This document shows, one piece after another, positions 1 through 9,431 of a stretch of DNA of 56,873 bases. The notes under the pieces are model-generated. The model had not been told where the DNA came from, ran no database searches, and saw only the letters and a list, made by a program, of their open reading frames with translations. The translations under genes were made by a program, and so were the position numbers. How positions within the stretch are numbered: the first letter of the stretch is position 1; each line of letters opens with the position of its first letter. Source of the stretch: Thermofilum sp. (GTDB lineage Archaea > Thermoproteota > Thermoprotei > Thermofilales > Thermofilaceae); the NCBI GenBank assembly GCA_020833575.1, contig JAJHRT010000001.1, positions 1 to 56,873 of the forward strand, given 5' to 3'.

Positions 1-2
1 GG

Positions 3-443
3 AGGAAGTACACCCCGGTCAAGACGTACAATGTTGATGGCGCAGATATCGTGTTTGTGGCTCTTGGCACAGCTGCCGGCACGCTCAGGCACGCGGCGAG
101 AGAGCTGGCAGAGCAGGGCAAGAAGCTCGGTGTAGTAAGCCTGACGCAGTACAGGCCCTTCCCCGCCGAGGAGCTGAGAAAGATCCTCAGTGAGGCAGCG
201 GTGGTAGCCGTCCTCGACCGCAGTATAAGCTTCGGAAGCCCAGCTCCCCAGCTCTTTATGGACATAGCCACCTCTATGTACTATGCAAAGAGGCGCCCCC
301 TCCTCTTCAGCGTAATATACGGCCTGGGTGGCAGGGACTTTACACCGCAGCACGTGTTCGAGCTGTACAAGAGAGCTGAGGAGATACTGAGGACGGGCGA
401 GCCGCCTGCGACAAGCATCTGGGTAGGTTTGCGCGAGGGGTGA
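3..443 (+). CDS. porA: Pyruvate/2-oxoacid:ferredoxin oxidoreductase alpha subunit, C-terminal part (5' truncated by window)
   Basis: Frame is open to the window start; motifs YRPFP, VLDRSISFG, YGLGGRD; directly upstream of the beta subunit. Confidence 0.9.
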   Translation, partial: RKYTPVKTYNVDGADIVFVALGTAAGTLRHAARELAEQGKKLGVVSLTQYRPFPAEELRKILSEAAVVAVLDRSISFGSPAPQLFMDIATSMYYAKRRPLLFSVIYGLGGRDFTPQHVFELYKRAEEILRTGEPPATSIWVGLREG

Positions 444-448
444 GGGGA

Positions 449-1384
449 ATGGGAGAGGTCAAGCAGATAAGAACCCTGAAGGAGATCCCGAGGGAGGAGC
501 TCTTCGCCCCCGGCCACAGGCTGTGCGCGGGCTGCGGTATACCGCAGCTGGTGAGACTGGTTCTTAAGGCTGTGCCTGGGCCCAAGGTTGTTGTTAACGC
601 GACCGGTTGCCTCGAGGTGGCTACCACGATCTTCCCGTACACGAGCTGGGGTGTGCCGTGGGTGCACATAGCCTTCGAGAACGCTGCCGCTGTAGCAAGC
701 GGGATAGAGGCTGCGTTCAAGGTGCTGGAGAGGAAGTACGGCTACAAGAGGCCCAAAGTGATCGTGTTCGCGGGGGACGGAGGCACCTTCGACATAGGTT
801 TCCAGGCTCTCAGCGGGGCTCTGGAGCGCGGCCACGACATGATCTACATATGCTACGACAATGAGGCCTACATGAACACGGGGATTCAGAGGTCCGGTGC
901 CACGCCGAAAGGGGCGCACACGACCACAAGCCCTGCAGGCAAGGTGATCCCGGGCAAGCTCGAGAGGAAGAAGAACCTGATCGAGATCGCTGTGGCACAC
1001 GGCATCAGGTATGCAGCCACGATGAACCCCGCGTACCCCGTGGACATGTACAACAAGATAGCTAAGGCAGCCAGCGTTCAGGGACCCACGGTGCTGCACT
1101 ACTTCACGCCATGCCCTACTGGCTGGTACTTCGACCCCTCGCGGAGCATCGAGGTCGCCAGGCTGGCTGTGCAGACAAGGATTTGGCCGCTCTACGAGTA
1201 CGAGGAGGGCAAGTACAGGATCACCGTGCCTGTTAAGGAGCCCAAGCCCATAGAGGAGTACTTCAAGCTCCAGGGGCGCTTCCGCCACCTGCTGGAGCCG
1301 GAGAATAGGTGGCTTCTCGAGGAGATCAAGCGGGAAGTAGAGGAGAACTGGAACAGGCTGCTTAGGCTGGCGCAGCAGTCCTGA
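449..1384 (+). CDS. porB: Pyruvate/2-oxoacid:ferredoxin oxidoreductase beta subunit
   Basis: GHRLCAGCG, ATGC, TPP motif GDGG...YDNEAYMNTGIQRS, PCPTGW; ATG at 449 (alternative GTG at 440). Confidence 0.95.
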   Translation: MGEVKQIRTLKEIPREELFAPGHRLCAGCGIPQLVRLVLKAVPGPKVVVNATGCLEVATTIFPYTSWGVPWVHIAFENAAAVASGIEAAFKVLERKYGYKRPKVIVFAGDGGTFDIGFQALSGALERGHDMIYICYDNEAYMNTGIQRSGATPKGAHTTTSPAGKVIPGKLERKKNLIEIAVAHGIRYAATMNPAYPVDMYNKIAKAASVQGPTVLHYFTPCPTGWYFDPSRSIEVARLAVQTRIWPLYEYEEGKYRITVPVKEPKPIEEYFKLQGRFRHLLEPENRWLLEEIKREVEENWNRLLRLAQQS

Positions 1385-1407
1385 GAACCTTCTCGAGACA
1401 ACGATAG

Positions 1408-1414
1408 TTTTTTC
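1408..1414 (+). terminator. Putative oligo-T archaeal terminator after porB
   Basis: Run of T about 25 nt after the porB stop. Confidence 0.3.
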
Positions 1415-1445
1415 TCACTCGCTTCTGCATCGCGCGTAGAAGGAC

Positions 1446-4400
1446 ATGGAGCAGGTAGAGCGGGAGCTCGCCCTCTCGCACGCGATCTTCAAGGAGATGT
1501 GCTTCAACTGCGGCGGCGATATAACAGACTACAGGCTAGCGAGGAAGTACCCCTGCGCCAGCTGCCTAAGGGAGCCCCCCGGCGAGGAGGAGGCTAGCCT
1601 AGAGATGGTGGCGCAGAAGCTGCGCCAGAGAGGCAAGGCGAAGGGCGTGGCAGAGATTGTTGAGACGCAGGAAATGGTTGAGAATTTCTCCAGGTTTTTC
1701 GAAAGGGTTGTTGGCAACAGGCCGTGGTCTGCTCAGAGGACATGGGCGCTCAGAGCTTTGAAGGGCACTAGCTTCGCAATTCTGGCTCCAACCGGCGTGG
1801 GCAAGACGCTCTTCGGGCTAGTCCTATCCCTCTTCCTAGCTTCACAAGGTAAGAGGTGCTATCTCCTCTTCCCGAACTCCGCGCTACTTGTTCACATGTA
1901 CAAGCGGCTCGGCGAGCTGGCCCGCAGGGCTGGGATGGAGGAGTCCAGGATATTGGCGTACTACGCAGGCCTCCCTAAGGGCGAGAAGGAGCAGGCTCTC
2001 CAAAGAGTGCTCTCAGGGGACTACAACATCCTGATCTCAACGCCCCAGTTCCTCAACAAGCACTTCGACAAACTCCAAGGAACCACCTTTGACCTGATCT
2101 TTGTCGACGACGTGGACTCCGTCCTAAAGTCCTCCAGGAGCATCGACAAGATGCTGCAGCTGCTTGGGTTCTCAAAGGAGGATGTCGCAAAGGCTCTGGA
2201 GCTCGTGTACGCCAGGGTCAGGCTTGCAGCAGCTGCCAGGCGGGGCCAGCACCCCCAGGATCTCCTCGACAAGGTCGGGCAACTGGAGGAGGAGGTAAGG
2301 AAGGCTGCTGCTAGGAGGCACGGGGTCCTTCTAGTCTCCACGGCTACGGGCAGGCCCAGAGGCTTGAGAGTGCGCTTGTTCAGGGAGCTCCTGGGCTTCG
2401 AGGTGGGTAGTAGGAGCGAGCTCCTGCGCAACGTCGTAGACGCGTATACCATAGTGCCCAGGGGGGAGGTCTTCAAGGAGGTAGTGAACCTGGCGGTACA
2501 CCTGGGCTCCGGGGGGTTGATCTTCGCCCCCATAGGCACTGATGAGGACGAGCTGCTGAAGCTAGTCGACGAGCTCCAGGCGCGAGGGCTGAGAGCTGAG
2601 CTTGTGAAAGGCAAGCTGAGGAGGAGCGTGCTCGAAGAGTTCGAGAGTGGCAAGGTAAACGTGCTCGTAGGCGTAGCCAGCTACTACGGGCTACTGGTGC
2701 GCGGGCTCGATATGCCGCACGTTGTGAAGTACGTGCTCTTCGCAGGGGTTCCCTGCTTCAGGTTCAGAACGGACGTGGAGTCTCTATCCCCGATTAGGCT
2801 TATCCAGCTGGCCTCCAACGTTGCGCAGGTGGCAACCAAGGAGGATAAAGCCGAGATCGAGAGGCTAATCGCTGCGATAAGGAGGGTTTTAACTACTCTC
2901 GAGCCGCAGCAGTACCAGCAGCTTCTTAACTCCTTGAAGCAGGGCGAGGCCCCACCGAGGCTAGCCGGGGTTGTGAAGCTGGTCAAGAGGCTTCAGGAGC
3001 TTACTGGGAAGTACCTTTCCTCGAGGGAATACCTGGAGCGCCTGAGCAGGGAGACCGCGGTTCAGCTGGTGCAAGAGAACGGCAGCCTGACTCTAGTGCT
3101 TCCGGATGTTCTCACGTACGTGCAGGCCTCGGGTAGATCCTCCAGGCTTTATGCAGGAGGAATTTCAAAGGGTCTCTCTGTGGTCGTCACCGACGACCCC
3201 GTCCTTGTTCAAAAGCTTGAGAGGGCGTCCAGGTTCTACGTAGGTGAAGATGGCTGGCGTCAGCTCTCAGAGATAGACCTGGATGCCCTCATCAAGGAGA
3301 TATCCCAGGAGAGGGAGCTCATACGAAGGATCATAAAGGGCGAGATTAAACCGGGAGAGGTCAAAGAGCTGCTTAAAACGGCGTTGGTGATCGTTGAGAG
3401 CCCCACAAAGGCTAGGACAATAGCATCCTTCTTCGGCAGGCCCTCCAAGAGGAGGTTCGGCAGGTACGTCGTCTACGAGGTCAGCACGGGTGGGTACCAG
3501 CTCCAGATACTCGCTACTATGGGGCATGTCTTCGACCTGACCACGTCAATGTACAGCTTCGACCACCTCGAGGACCTTTACGGAGTAGTGGTGGACCCCG
3601 ACAGGAAAGTCTACCTGCCTGTGTTCACCACGATAAAGAAGTGTCTCAACTGCGGTAGGCAGTTCACAGACTACCCTGTCGTCGAGAAGAACGGAAAGAA
3701 AGTCTTGCTGAAGCAGTGCCCCTACTGCCAGAGTACGCGTGTCTTCGACAAGATCGAGATCGTGGAGCTCCTAAGAAGGCTTGCGGAGGAGGTGGATGAG
3801 GTGCTCATAGCCACGGACCCCGACACCGAGGGAGAGAAGATAGCCTGGGACGTGGCGATGGTACTAAAGCCCTATGCGAACTCTATTAGGAGAATAGAGT
3901 TTCACGAGGTCACGAGGAGGGCCTTCGAGGAGGCTCTGAGGAACCCGCGCGAGATAAGCATCAACTTCGTCAGAGCGCAGCTCGTGAGGAGGGTTGAGGA
4001 CCGGTGGATCGGTTTCGCTCTGAGCTCTCAGCTCTGGAAGCTCAAGAACATGAGGTGGCTCTCAGCGGGCAGAGTTCAGACGCCCGTGCTAGGCTGGATC
4101 ATCTCAAGGTACGAGGAATCAGTGAAGAGCATTCGCCCAGTGTTCACCCTGGAGCTCAGCAACGGCTACCGGATACCTGTCGAGAATTTAGAGCTGAACG
4201 GTAAGAAACCCCGGGAAGCCTGCAAGGAGCTTGAAGGCGCCGAAGTCACAGTATCTTCTCTGGGAGTCGGTGAGAAAGAGCTCCAGCCACCACCACCCTT
4301 CGCGACGGATACCCTGCTGCGCGAAGCCAACAGAGTGCTGGGCTTCAGCGCAGACTACACGATGAGGCTCGCACAAGACCTCTTCGAGCTGGGCCTCATC

Positions 4401-5177
4401 ACCTACCATAGGACGGACAGCACTAGAGTCTCCGATGCCGGCTTGGCTGTAGCGAGGATGTACATCGTTGAGAAGTTCGGCGAGGAGTACTTAAAGCTCA
4501 GAAGGTGGGGGGAGGGAGGGGCTCACGAGTGCATAAGGCCCACGAGACCTCTCGACGTGGACACACTGCAGGGGATGATCAGGCAGGGTGTACTCCAGCT
4601 CCCAACCCCTCTCACTAGGGATCATCTGGCTCTCTACAGCCTGATCTTTAAGAGGTTCATGGCCAGCCAGATGCAGCCGGCCAGAGTAGAGGAAGAGCAC
4701 CTGGAGGTGAGGGGTCCTTACTTCAGAAGGGAAGTCACCCGGGTCAAGCGCGTGGTGTACGAGGGCTTCCTCAAGGTTCAGCCGCTGAGGGATGTATGGG
4801 CTGCGCTGGATCCAGGCGTCTATAAGGTTGTGGGCTGCAGCTACAAGAAGGCAGCAGCTGTTCCCCTCTTCACCCAGGCGGACGTCATCCAGCTGATGAA
4901 GGAGAAGAACATAGGCAGACCATCCACGTACTCCGAGATTGTGAAGAAGCTGCTTGAAAGGCACTACGTGATTGCGGTGAAGCGGGGTAAGCTCGTGCCT
5001 ACAAAGCTGGGAATGGAGGTGTACAACTTCCTAGCAAGCAACTACGGCGACCTAGTCTCGGAGAAGAAGACAGCAGAGGTGCTGGAGAGAATGGACGCTG
5101 TGGAGAACGGGCTTGCTGACTACAAAGAGGTGCTAAGCGAGTTTTATAACGAGATACAGCAGGTGCTCAGGTCTTAG
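1446..5177 (+). CDS. rgy: Reverse gyrase
   Basis: N-terminal Zn finger CxxC..CxxC, SF2 helicase APTGVGKT, DDVD, QASGRSSR, Toprim IVESPTKA, second Zn finger, DPDTEGE, catalytic ITYHRTD, IGRPSTY. Confidence 0.98.
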   Translation: MEQVERELALSHAIFKEMCFNCGGDITDYRLARKYPCASCLREPPGEEEASLEMVAQKLRQRGKAKGVAEIVETQEMVENFSRFFERVVGNRPWSAQRTWALRALKGTSFAILAPTGVGKTLFGLVLSLFLASQGKRCYLLFPNSALLVHMYKRLGELARRAGMEESRILAYYAGLPKGEKEQALQRVLSGDYNILISTPQFLNKHFDKLQGTTFDLIFVDDVDSVLKSSRSIDKMLQLLGFSKEDVAKALELVYARVRLAAAARRGQHPQDLLDKVGQLEEEVRKAAARRHGVLLVSTATGRPRGLRVRLFRELLGFEVGSRSELLRNVVDAYTIVPRGEVFKEVVNLAVHLGSGGLIFAPIGTDEDELLKLVDELQARGLRAELVKGKLRRSVLEEFESGKVNVLVGVASYYGLLVRGLDMPHVVKYVLFAGVPCFRFRTDVESLSPIRLIQLASNVAQVATKEDKAEIERLIAAIRRVLTTLEPQQYQQLLNSLKQGEAPPRLAGVVKLVKRLQELTGKYLSSREYLERLSRETAVQLVQENGSLTLVLPDVLTYVQASGRSSRLYAGGISKGLSVVVTDDPVLVQKLERASRFYVGEDGWRQLSEIDLDALIKEISQERELIRRIIKGEIKPGEVKELLKTALVIVESPTKARTIASFFGRPSKRRFGRYVVYEVSTGGYQLQILATMGHVFDLTTSMYSFDHLEDLYGVVVDPDRKVYLPVFTTIKKCLNCGRQFTDYPVVEKNGKKVLLKQCPYCQSTRVFDKIEIVELLRRLAEEVDEVLIATDPDTEGEKIAWDVAMVLKPYANSIRRIEFHEVTRRAFEEALRNPREISINFVRAQLVRRVEDRWIGFALSSQLWKLKNMRWLSAGRVQTPVLGWIISRYEESVKSIRPVFTLELSNGYRIPVENLELNGKKPREACKELEGAEVTVSSLGVGEKELQPPPPFATDTLLREANRVLGFSADYTMRLAQDLFELGLITYHRTDSTRVSDAGLAVARMYIVEKFGEEYLKLRRWGEGGAHECIRPTRPLDVDTLQGMIRQGVLQLPTPLTRDHLALYSLIFKRFMASQMQPARVEEEHLEVRGPYFRREVTRVKRVVYEGFLKVQPLRDVWAALDPGVYKVVGCSYKKAAAVPLFTQADVIQLMKEKNIGRPSTYSEIVKKLLERHYVIAVKRGKLVPTKLGMEVYNFLASNYGDLVSEKKTAEVLERMDAVENGLADYKEVLSEFYNEIQQVLRS

Positions 5178-5227
5178 GCTTTATGGGAAAGCTTATCTCA
5201 GTGTGCTCGCTTAAAGCGCGCTAGGGG

Positions 5228-5764
5228 GTGAAGGAGGTCTTGCGTGCGCTGTTCATTGGGAGGTTTCAGCCGTTTCACCTCGGGCACCTGGGGGCTGTGA
5301 AGTGGATTCTGGAGCGGGTAGAGGAGCTCGTCATCGGCATAGGCTCAGCACAGTACGCGTACATGCCTAAGAACCCGTTTACGGCGGGCGAAAGACTGCT
5401 GATGATACACAGGAGCCTTAAAGCCGAGGGCCTCGCTCATAGGGTCATGACGACCCTAATACCGGACACAGACTCTGTGCACGCGCTCTGGCCGGCATAC
5501 GTCGAAATGTATAGCCCCCCGTTCTCAAAGGTGTATAGCAACGACCCTCTGACACTAATGCTCATGAGGGATTATGGCTATGAGGCGGAGGAGGTCCCCC
5601 TAATTGATAGATCGCGGCTTTCGGGAACATACGTGAGAAGCCTGATGGCGAAGGGTGATGAGTCCTGGAGAGAGCTTGTTCCAAAGCCCGTCGCCGAGGT
5701 TATAGATGCCATTGACGGTGAAAAGCGTGTACAGCGCATCTACCAGCTTCACGGACTGGTGTAG
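5228..5764 (+). CDS. nadM: Nicotinamide-nucleotide adenylyltransferase
   Basis: GRFQPFHLGH, IGIGSAQ, NPFTAGER, SGTYVR. Confidence 0.93.
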   Translation: MKEVLRALFIGRFQPFHLGHLGAVKWILERVEELVIGIGSAQYAYMPKNPFTAGERLLMIHRSLKAEGLAHRVMTTLIPDTDSVHALWPAYVEMYSPPFSKVYSNDPLTLMLMRDYGYEAEEVPLIDRSRLSGTYVRSLMAKGDESWRELVPKPVAEVIDAIDGEKRVQRIYQLHGLV

Positions 5765-5880
5765 TTGCAGCGCGCCACCGTGCTACCTCACCTTATCACG
5801 GGCGCGCATATCTTCGAGGAGTTCCTCAGGCTTTGCGCCCAGGGAAGTGAAGTGCGCGCGGGCACCTCAAGAGGCCGCCG

Positions 5881-6036
5881 ATGGACATGCTCAATCCGCT
5901 CCTCAGGGCCTACGAGGAGACCGCAAGACCTCTGGGGGAGCTCCATGCTCTGAACCCGCTGAAACTCCTCTGCGAGGTGGCCGAGAGAATTGCGGAGACA
6001 TCCAAGCGCATGTTAAGCAGCAAGGCGAGGCATTGA
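5881..6036 (+). pseudogene. Possible gene remnant or small ORF (51 aa, MDMLNPLLRAYEE...LSSKARH)
   Basis: Hand-translated helical-looking ORF; may continue the 5765 frame via a frameshift; its 3' end is repeated at 22455-22488. Confidence 0.25.
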
Positions 6037-6049
6037 GCTTTCAATTCAA
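6016..6049 (+). repeat. Dispersed intergenic repeat, copy 1
   Basis: AGCAGCAAGGCGAGGCattgagctttcaattcaa; 29/34 identical to 22455-22488, first 16 nt exact. Confidence 0.7.
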
Positions 6050-6195
6050 CTGAGCTTATGGTTGTGATACGTATGTGAATCCTTGGACGACTCCACAGCG
6101 TGTAAGCACACTTAAAACCTGCACGCACGGAAAATTGCAGAAAAGGTAGTGCGCTGCGAGCACGCAGTAATGCATTACACCAGCACGTCGCGGAA

Positions 6196-6521
6196 GGGGT
6201 CCGGCGGCTTCCTCGCAGGGTGGCCCGAGGGGGAACCACCCCCTCACGGGGGCGTAGCCCTCAACCCAGCTTACCGCGAACACGCTCTGCCGGCCTTAGG
6301 GCCGCTCCCTCCCGGGCCTAACCCGGTTCGGCCGTACCCCCCTGGGTCTCCCCTACAGGAGACCCGGTGGGACAGAGCGTCCCGCGGAGCCGGCGTCACA
6401 GGGTCACCCCCGCAGGGGGTGGGCCCTCGGACGCCCCTGCGAGTTAACGCCTCCCGCCGTATAGCCCGTTTGCGGTCACAGGGGAGGGCTAGCCCCCCGA
6501 GGCTTCTCCCGCCGGACCCCC
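6196..6521 (-). ncRNA. ffs: Archaeal signal recognition particle (7S/SRP) RNA
   Basis: Ends pair (GGGGUCCGGCGG/CCGCCGGACCCC, helix 1); helix 8 UUAGGCCC-GGGA-GGGAGCGG with SRP54 motif; helix 6 GGGUCUCCU-GUAG-GGGAGACCC; Alu-like CUGUGACCGCAAA; TTTTTATA box just upstream. Confidence 0.93.
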
Positions 6522-6540
6522 TGTTAATGTGCCAGAAGCC

Positions 6541-6548
6541 TATAAAAA
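6541..6548. promoter_or_regulatory. TATA element between divergent SRP RNA and rpoE1
   Basis: TATAAAAA on plus (TTTTTATA on minus), about 20-27 nt from the SRP RNA 5' end. Confidence 0.6.
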
Positions 6549-6595
6549 GATTTGACACACGAGCCTCTCAGTGTGCTGGTAAGGGGGTGTGGGCG

Positions 6596-7165
6596 GTGTA
6601 CAAGCTGGTAACGCTTGAGGATGTTGTGGGGATACCGCCCAGGCTCTTTGACAGACCGCTGGAGGAGGCAGCCCTGGAGGTGCTCCGCGACACTTACGAG
6701 GGCCGCGTGGTCGAAGGAGTGGGCTTAATAATCTCTGTGCTGGGGGTCGAGGTGTCACCCGAGGGTTACCTTACGTATGGTGATGCGAACTCCTACCATG
6801 AGTGCAGGTTCACAGCTCTCGTCTTCAACGCTATACCGCAGGAAGTGGTCGAGGGCGAAGTCATCCTTGTGGAGAATGTCGGCATTACCGTCAGGCTGGG
6901 GGTGATAGACGGCTTTGTTCACAAGTCTCAGATTTTTCCCACAAGGGATGTGATCTATGACAGGGATCAGGGGATTGTTATCGCTGAGAGCGGTAAGCGC
7001 GTGATTAGAAGGGGCGACATCGTCCGGGCTAGAGTTGTGGGCGTGAGCTACGACGAGGTTAAAGGCATGCTGAGGGTGCGGCTCACCATGAGGCAAGCCT
7101 ATCTAGGCAAGCTAGACTACATTAGAGAGCAGATAGAGAAGAGGGAGGCGATGAAAAGTGAGTAG
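6596..7165 (+). CDS. rpoE1: DNA-directed RNA polymerase subunit E' (Rpo7)
   Basis: YKLVTLEDVVGIPP, S1 domain, LTMRQAYLGKL; true start is GTG 6596 (the ORF-track extension overlaps SRP RNA). Confidence 0.95.
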   Translation: MYKLVTLEDVVGIPPRLFDRPLEEAALEVLRDTYEGRVVEGVGLIISVLGVEVSPEGYLTYGDANSYHECRFTALVFNAIPQEVVEGEVILVENVGITVRLGVIDGFVHKSQIFPTRDVIYDRDQGIVIAESGKRVIRRGDIVRARVVGVSYDEVKGMLRVRLTMRQAYLGKLDYIREQIEKREAMKSE

Positions 7166-7361
7166 GAGAAAGCTTCCCTTCAAGGCCTGCGTAAAGTGCA
7201 AGTTGCTGGTAGACGAGGATGTTGACGTGTGCCCGAACTGCGGGAGCAGGGAGTTCACTGACAACTGGGAGGGGGTGGTCGTTGTGCTAAACCCCTCGAG
7301 CGAGGCGGCGAGAATCCTCGGCATACAGAAGAAGGGCATGTACGCCCTGAAGGCTAGATGA
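7158..7361 (+). CDS. spt4: Transcription elongation factor Spt4 (RpoE'')
   Basis: KACxxC..CPNCGS, W.GVVVVL.P..SE.A, G.YAL; canonical position after rpoE1. Confidence 0.95.
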   Translation: MSRRKLPFKACVKCKLLVDEDVDVCPNCGSREFTDNWEGVVVVLNPSSEAARILGIQKKGMYALKAR

Positions 7362-7383
7362 TACTGGGCCTGGGTGCGTACCT

Positions 7384-8388
7384 GTGCACTCAGAGAGGGA
7401 GGGGTTGCGCAAAGCGCTACTGCAGACTCCTCTGCAGGATCTGACGTTGGACGAGGTTGTAGAGAAAGCTGGAGAGGCGTTAAGCGTCTTGGAGAAAGCT
7501 GGAGGGTTCTCCGTAAGATACCTCTCCAGAGCTGCTGATATCCTGCTTGAGGCTTTGAGGAGCAAATGCTGGCTGCTGCTGTCGTTCCCGGCGAATATCG
7601 TCGCGACAGGGCTTAGAGGGCTGCTCGCGGACATCGTTAGAGGCGGCTACGCGAAGGCTGTAGTTACTACGGGTGGCACCTTCGATCACGATATTGCGAG
7701 GTCCCTCGGAGGGCTGTACTACGTGGGCGACTTCGAACTGGATGATGTCATGCTGCACGAGGTCGGTGTGCACAGGCTTGGTAACGTGCTGGTGCCATCG
7801 GAGAGCTACGGCCCTCTTGTGGAGTCGTTCGCGCATGGGCTGCTGGAAGAGCTAGTACAGGTGAAGGAGACCTGGTCTCCGAGCGAGCTAGCAGCGGAAG
7901 CCGGGAAGAGGCTCGCCGATAAGCACTCTATACTGAGGGCTTGCGCTGAGAGCGGCACCCCGGTCTTCGCACCTGGCATTATCGACTCGGCATTCGGCAC
8001 TGCCATCTTCACGTACAACGAGAGCGCGAGAGCGTCCAGCAGCAGGAGAAAGATCTACCTGGATGTAGTCGAGGACATGGAGAGACTGGCCAGCATAGTC
8101 TACGAGGCCGACTGCCTCGCTGGGCTAATGCTGGGAGGGGGCATCTCCAAGCACCACGTAATATGGTGGGCACAGTTCAGGGGAGGGCTAGACTACGCGG
8201 TCGCCATAACGTCTGCTCCCGAGTGGGATGGCTCGCTCTCTGGGGCTAGAACTAGGGAGGCGATAAGCTGGGGCAAGGTCAAGCCGAGCGCAAGGCATGT
8301 AACCGTTCCAGGGGATGTAACCGTGCTGTTTCCAATACTCGTAGCCAGCGTTATTAGGCGGCTCAGGGAGGATCGCTCACCCACTTAG
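7384..8388 (+). CDS. dys: Deoxyhypusine synthase
   Basis: TTGG..DHD, HRLGN, GGGISKHH, DGSLSGA..EAISWGK. Confidence 0.95.
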   Translation: MHSEREGLRKALLQTPLQDLTLDEVVEKAGEALSVLEKAGGFSVRYLSRAADILLEALRSKCWLLLSFPANIVATGLRGLLADIVRGGYAKAVVTTGGTFDHDIARSLGGLYYVGDFELDDVMLHEVGVHRLGNVLVPSESYGPLVESFAHGLLEELVQVKETWSPSELAAEAGKRLADKHSILRACAESGTPVFAPGIIDSAFGTAIFTYNESARASSSRRKIYLDVVEDMERLASIVYEADCLAGLMLGGGISKHHVIWWAQFRGGLDYAVAITSAPEWDGSLSGARTREAISWGKVKPSARHVTVPGDVTVLFPILVASVIRRLREDRSPT

Positions 8389-8488
8389 CCGCACAGCGCG
8401 CTCGCGCCGGGACAGGGCCCTGAGCCGCCAGCCGCGCGGGAGGGGACCAGAGGGGGCAGAAGAGCGCGGAACACCCCGCGCGGGTGCA

Positions 8489-9055
8489 CTACTTAGCACC
8501 GCAGAAGATCTCCGGGTGTGCACGCTTGAAGTTGTCAAAGAAGCACACCAGGACCTCCTTTACAGCGCTCTCCCCGAGGAGCCCCGTGTTTATAACGAGA
8601 TCCGCAACAGAGTAGTCTCGTATATCGAAGCCGTAGTACTTCAGTGCTCGCCTTCTGTTGCTCTCCTCCCTCCTACGTATCTCGCTAATAGCCTCCTCGA
8701 GGCTTTTACCATCTCGGGCAGCTATACGTCTCGCGCGCTCCTCAAGCGGGGCATCGAAGATTATCTTGACGTGGGCAACATCCCTCAGGACCCATACCGA
8801 GAGATGACCCTCGACGACCACGCACCCCCTCGATGCCTCCTGAAGGGCCCTCCTGTCTATCTCCAGGTCGATCTCGTCGCTCTGCTCGGCAAGCTTGTGC
8901 AGCTCCAGGAAGCTCACTCCTCTCTCCTCGGCAAGCCTCCGGAAGAGTGCCCCACTTGAAACATAGCGGAGCGAGTACCTTTCAGCGATGAATTGGGCGT
9001 AAGTCGTCTTCCCACTCCCAGGAGTACCGCTGACTGCGACGACTATACATCGCAT
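8489..9055 (-). CDS. cmk: Cytidylate kinase (archaeal type)
   Basis: SGTPGSGKTT, G.LFR.LA, IDLEID, EGHLS, R..RIA.RD; follows L34e. Confidence 0.92.
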   Translation of the reverse strand: MRCIVVAVSGTPGSGKTTYAQFIAERYSLRYVSSGALFRRLAEERGVSFLELHKLAEQSDEIDLEIDRRALQEASRGCVVVEGHLSVWVLRDVAHVKIIFDAPLEERARRIAARDGKSLEEAISEIRRREESNRRRALKYYGFDIRDYSVADLVINTGLLGESAVKEVLVCFFDNFKRAHPEIFCGAK

Positions 9056-9327
9056 TAGCTCTGCCCCGCCAGGCTTCTCACAGCGCGTTTGAGCCCCTGC
9101 TTAAGGCACTCGTGGCACAGATAGCCGCCGTATGGCCTTGTGGGAGGCTTAAGTCCTCTGCGCTCCTCCCTAGCTGTCACCCGCGGGAACCCGTGCAGGG
9201 GCCTGCCGCACATGGCGCATTTAGGCACGTCGTGCTTCTTGTCGATGATGTGCAGTACCAGCCTCCCTCCCGGCGTGCGCACGAGCTTCCTCTTCTTAGT
9301 CCTGGATCTGAGCGAGGGGCGCACCAT
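9055..9327 (-). CDS. rpl34e: 50S ribosomal protein L34e
   Basis: RTPGGRLV, CAMCGRPL, RPYGGYLC. Confidence 0.96.
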   Translation of the reverse strand: MVRPSLRSRTKKRKLVRTPGGRLVLHIIDKKHDVPKCAMCGRPLHGFPRVTAREERRGLKPPTRPYGGYLCHECLKQGLKRAVRSLAGQS

Positions 9328-9431
9328 GGCGAGATCGGGGGAGGGAGTTGCCTCCTAAATAAAAATGCTTTCCTACGCGCAGCCCTGCAGGTTTAAAAAG
9401 CCGATGCTCGCGGAGCTCCCTGAGGCCTAAG

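Noticed and set aside
281-1288. 335-aa minus-strand ORF and other long antisense ORFs (e.g. 2021-2653, 16784-17359, 50098-50838)
   Set aside because: Shadow frames opposite well-supported genes in GC-rich DNA; no motifs
6036-6062. CRISPR array (ATTGAAAG handle on minus strand)
   Set aside because: Single occurrence, no regularly spaced repeats, no cas genes in the window
6196-6521. RNase P RNA
   Set aside because: No GAGGAAAGUCC-type P4 motifs; SRP helix 6 and 8 signatures are present instead
6149-6595. N-terminal 149 aa of the 338-aa ORF
   Set aside because: Largely antisense to SRP RNA; Rpo7 homology begins at GTG 6596
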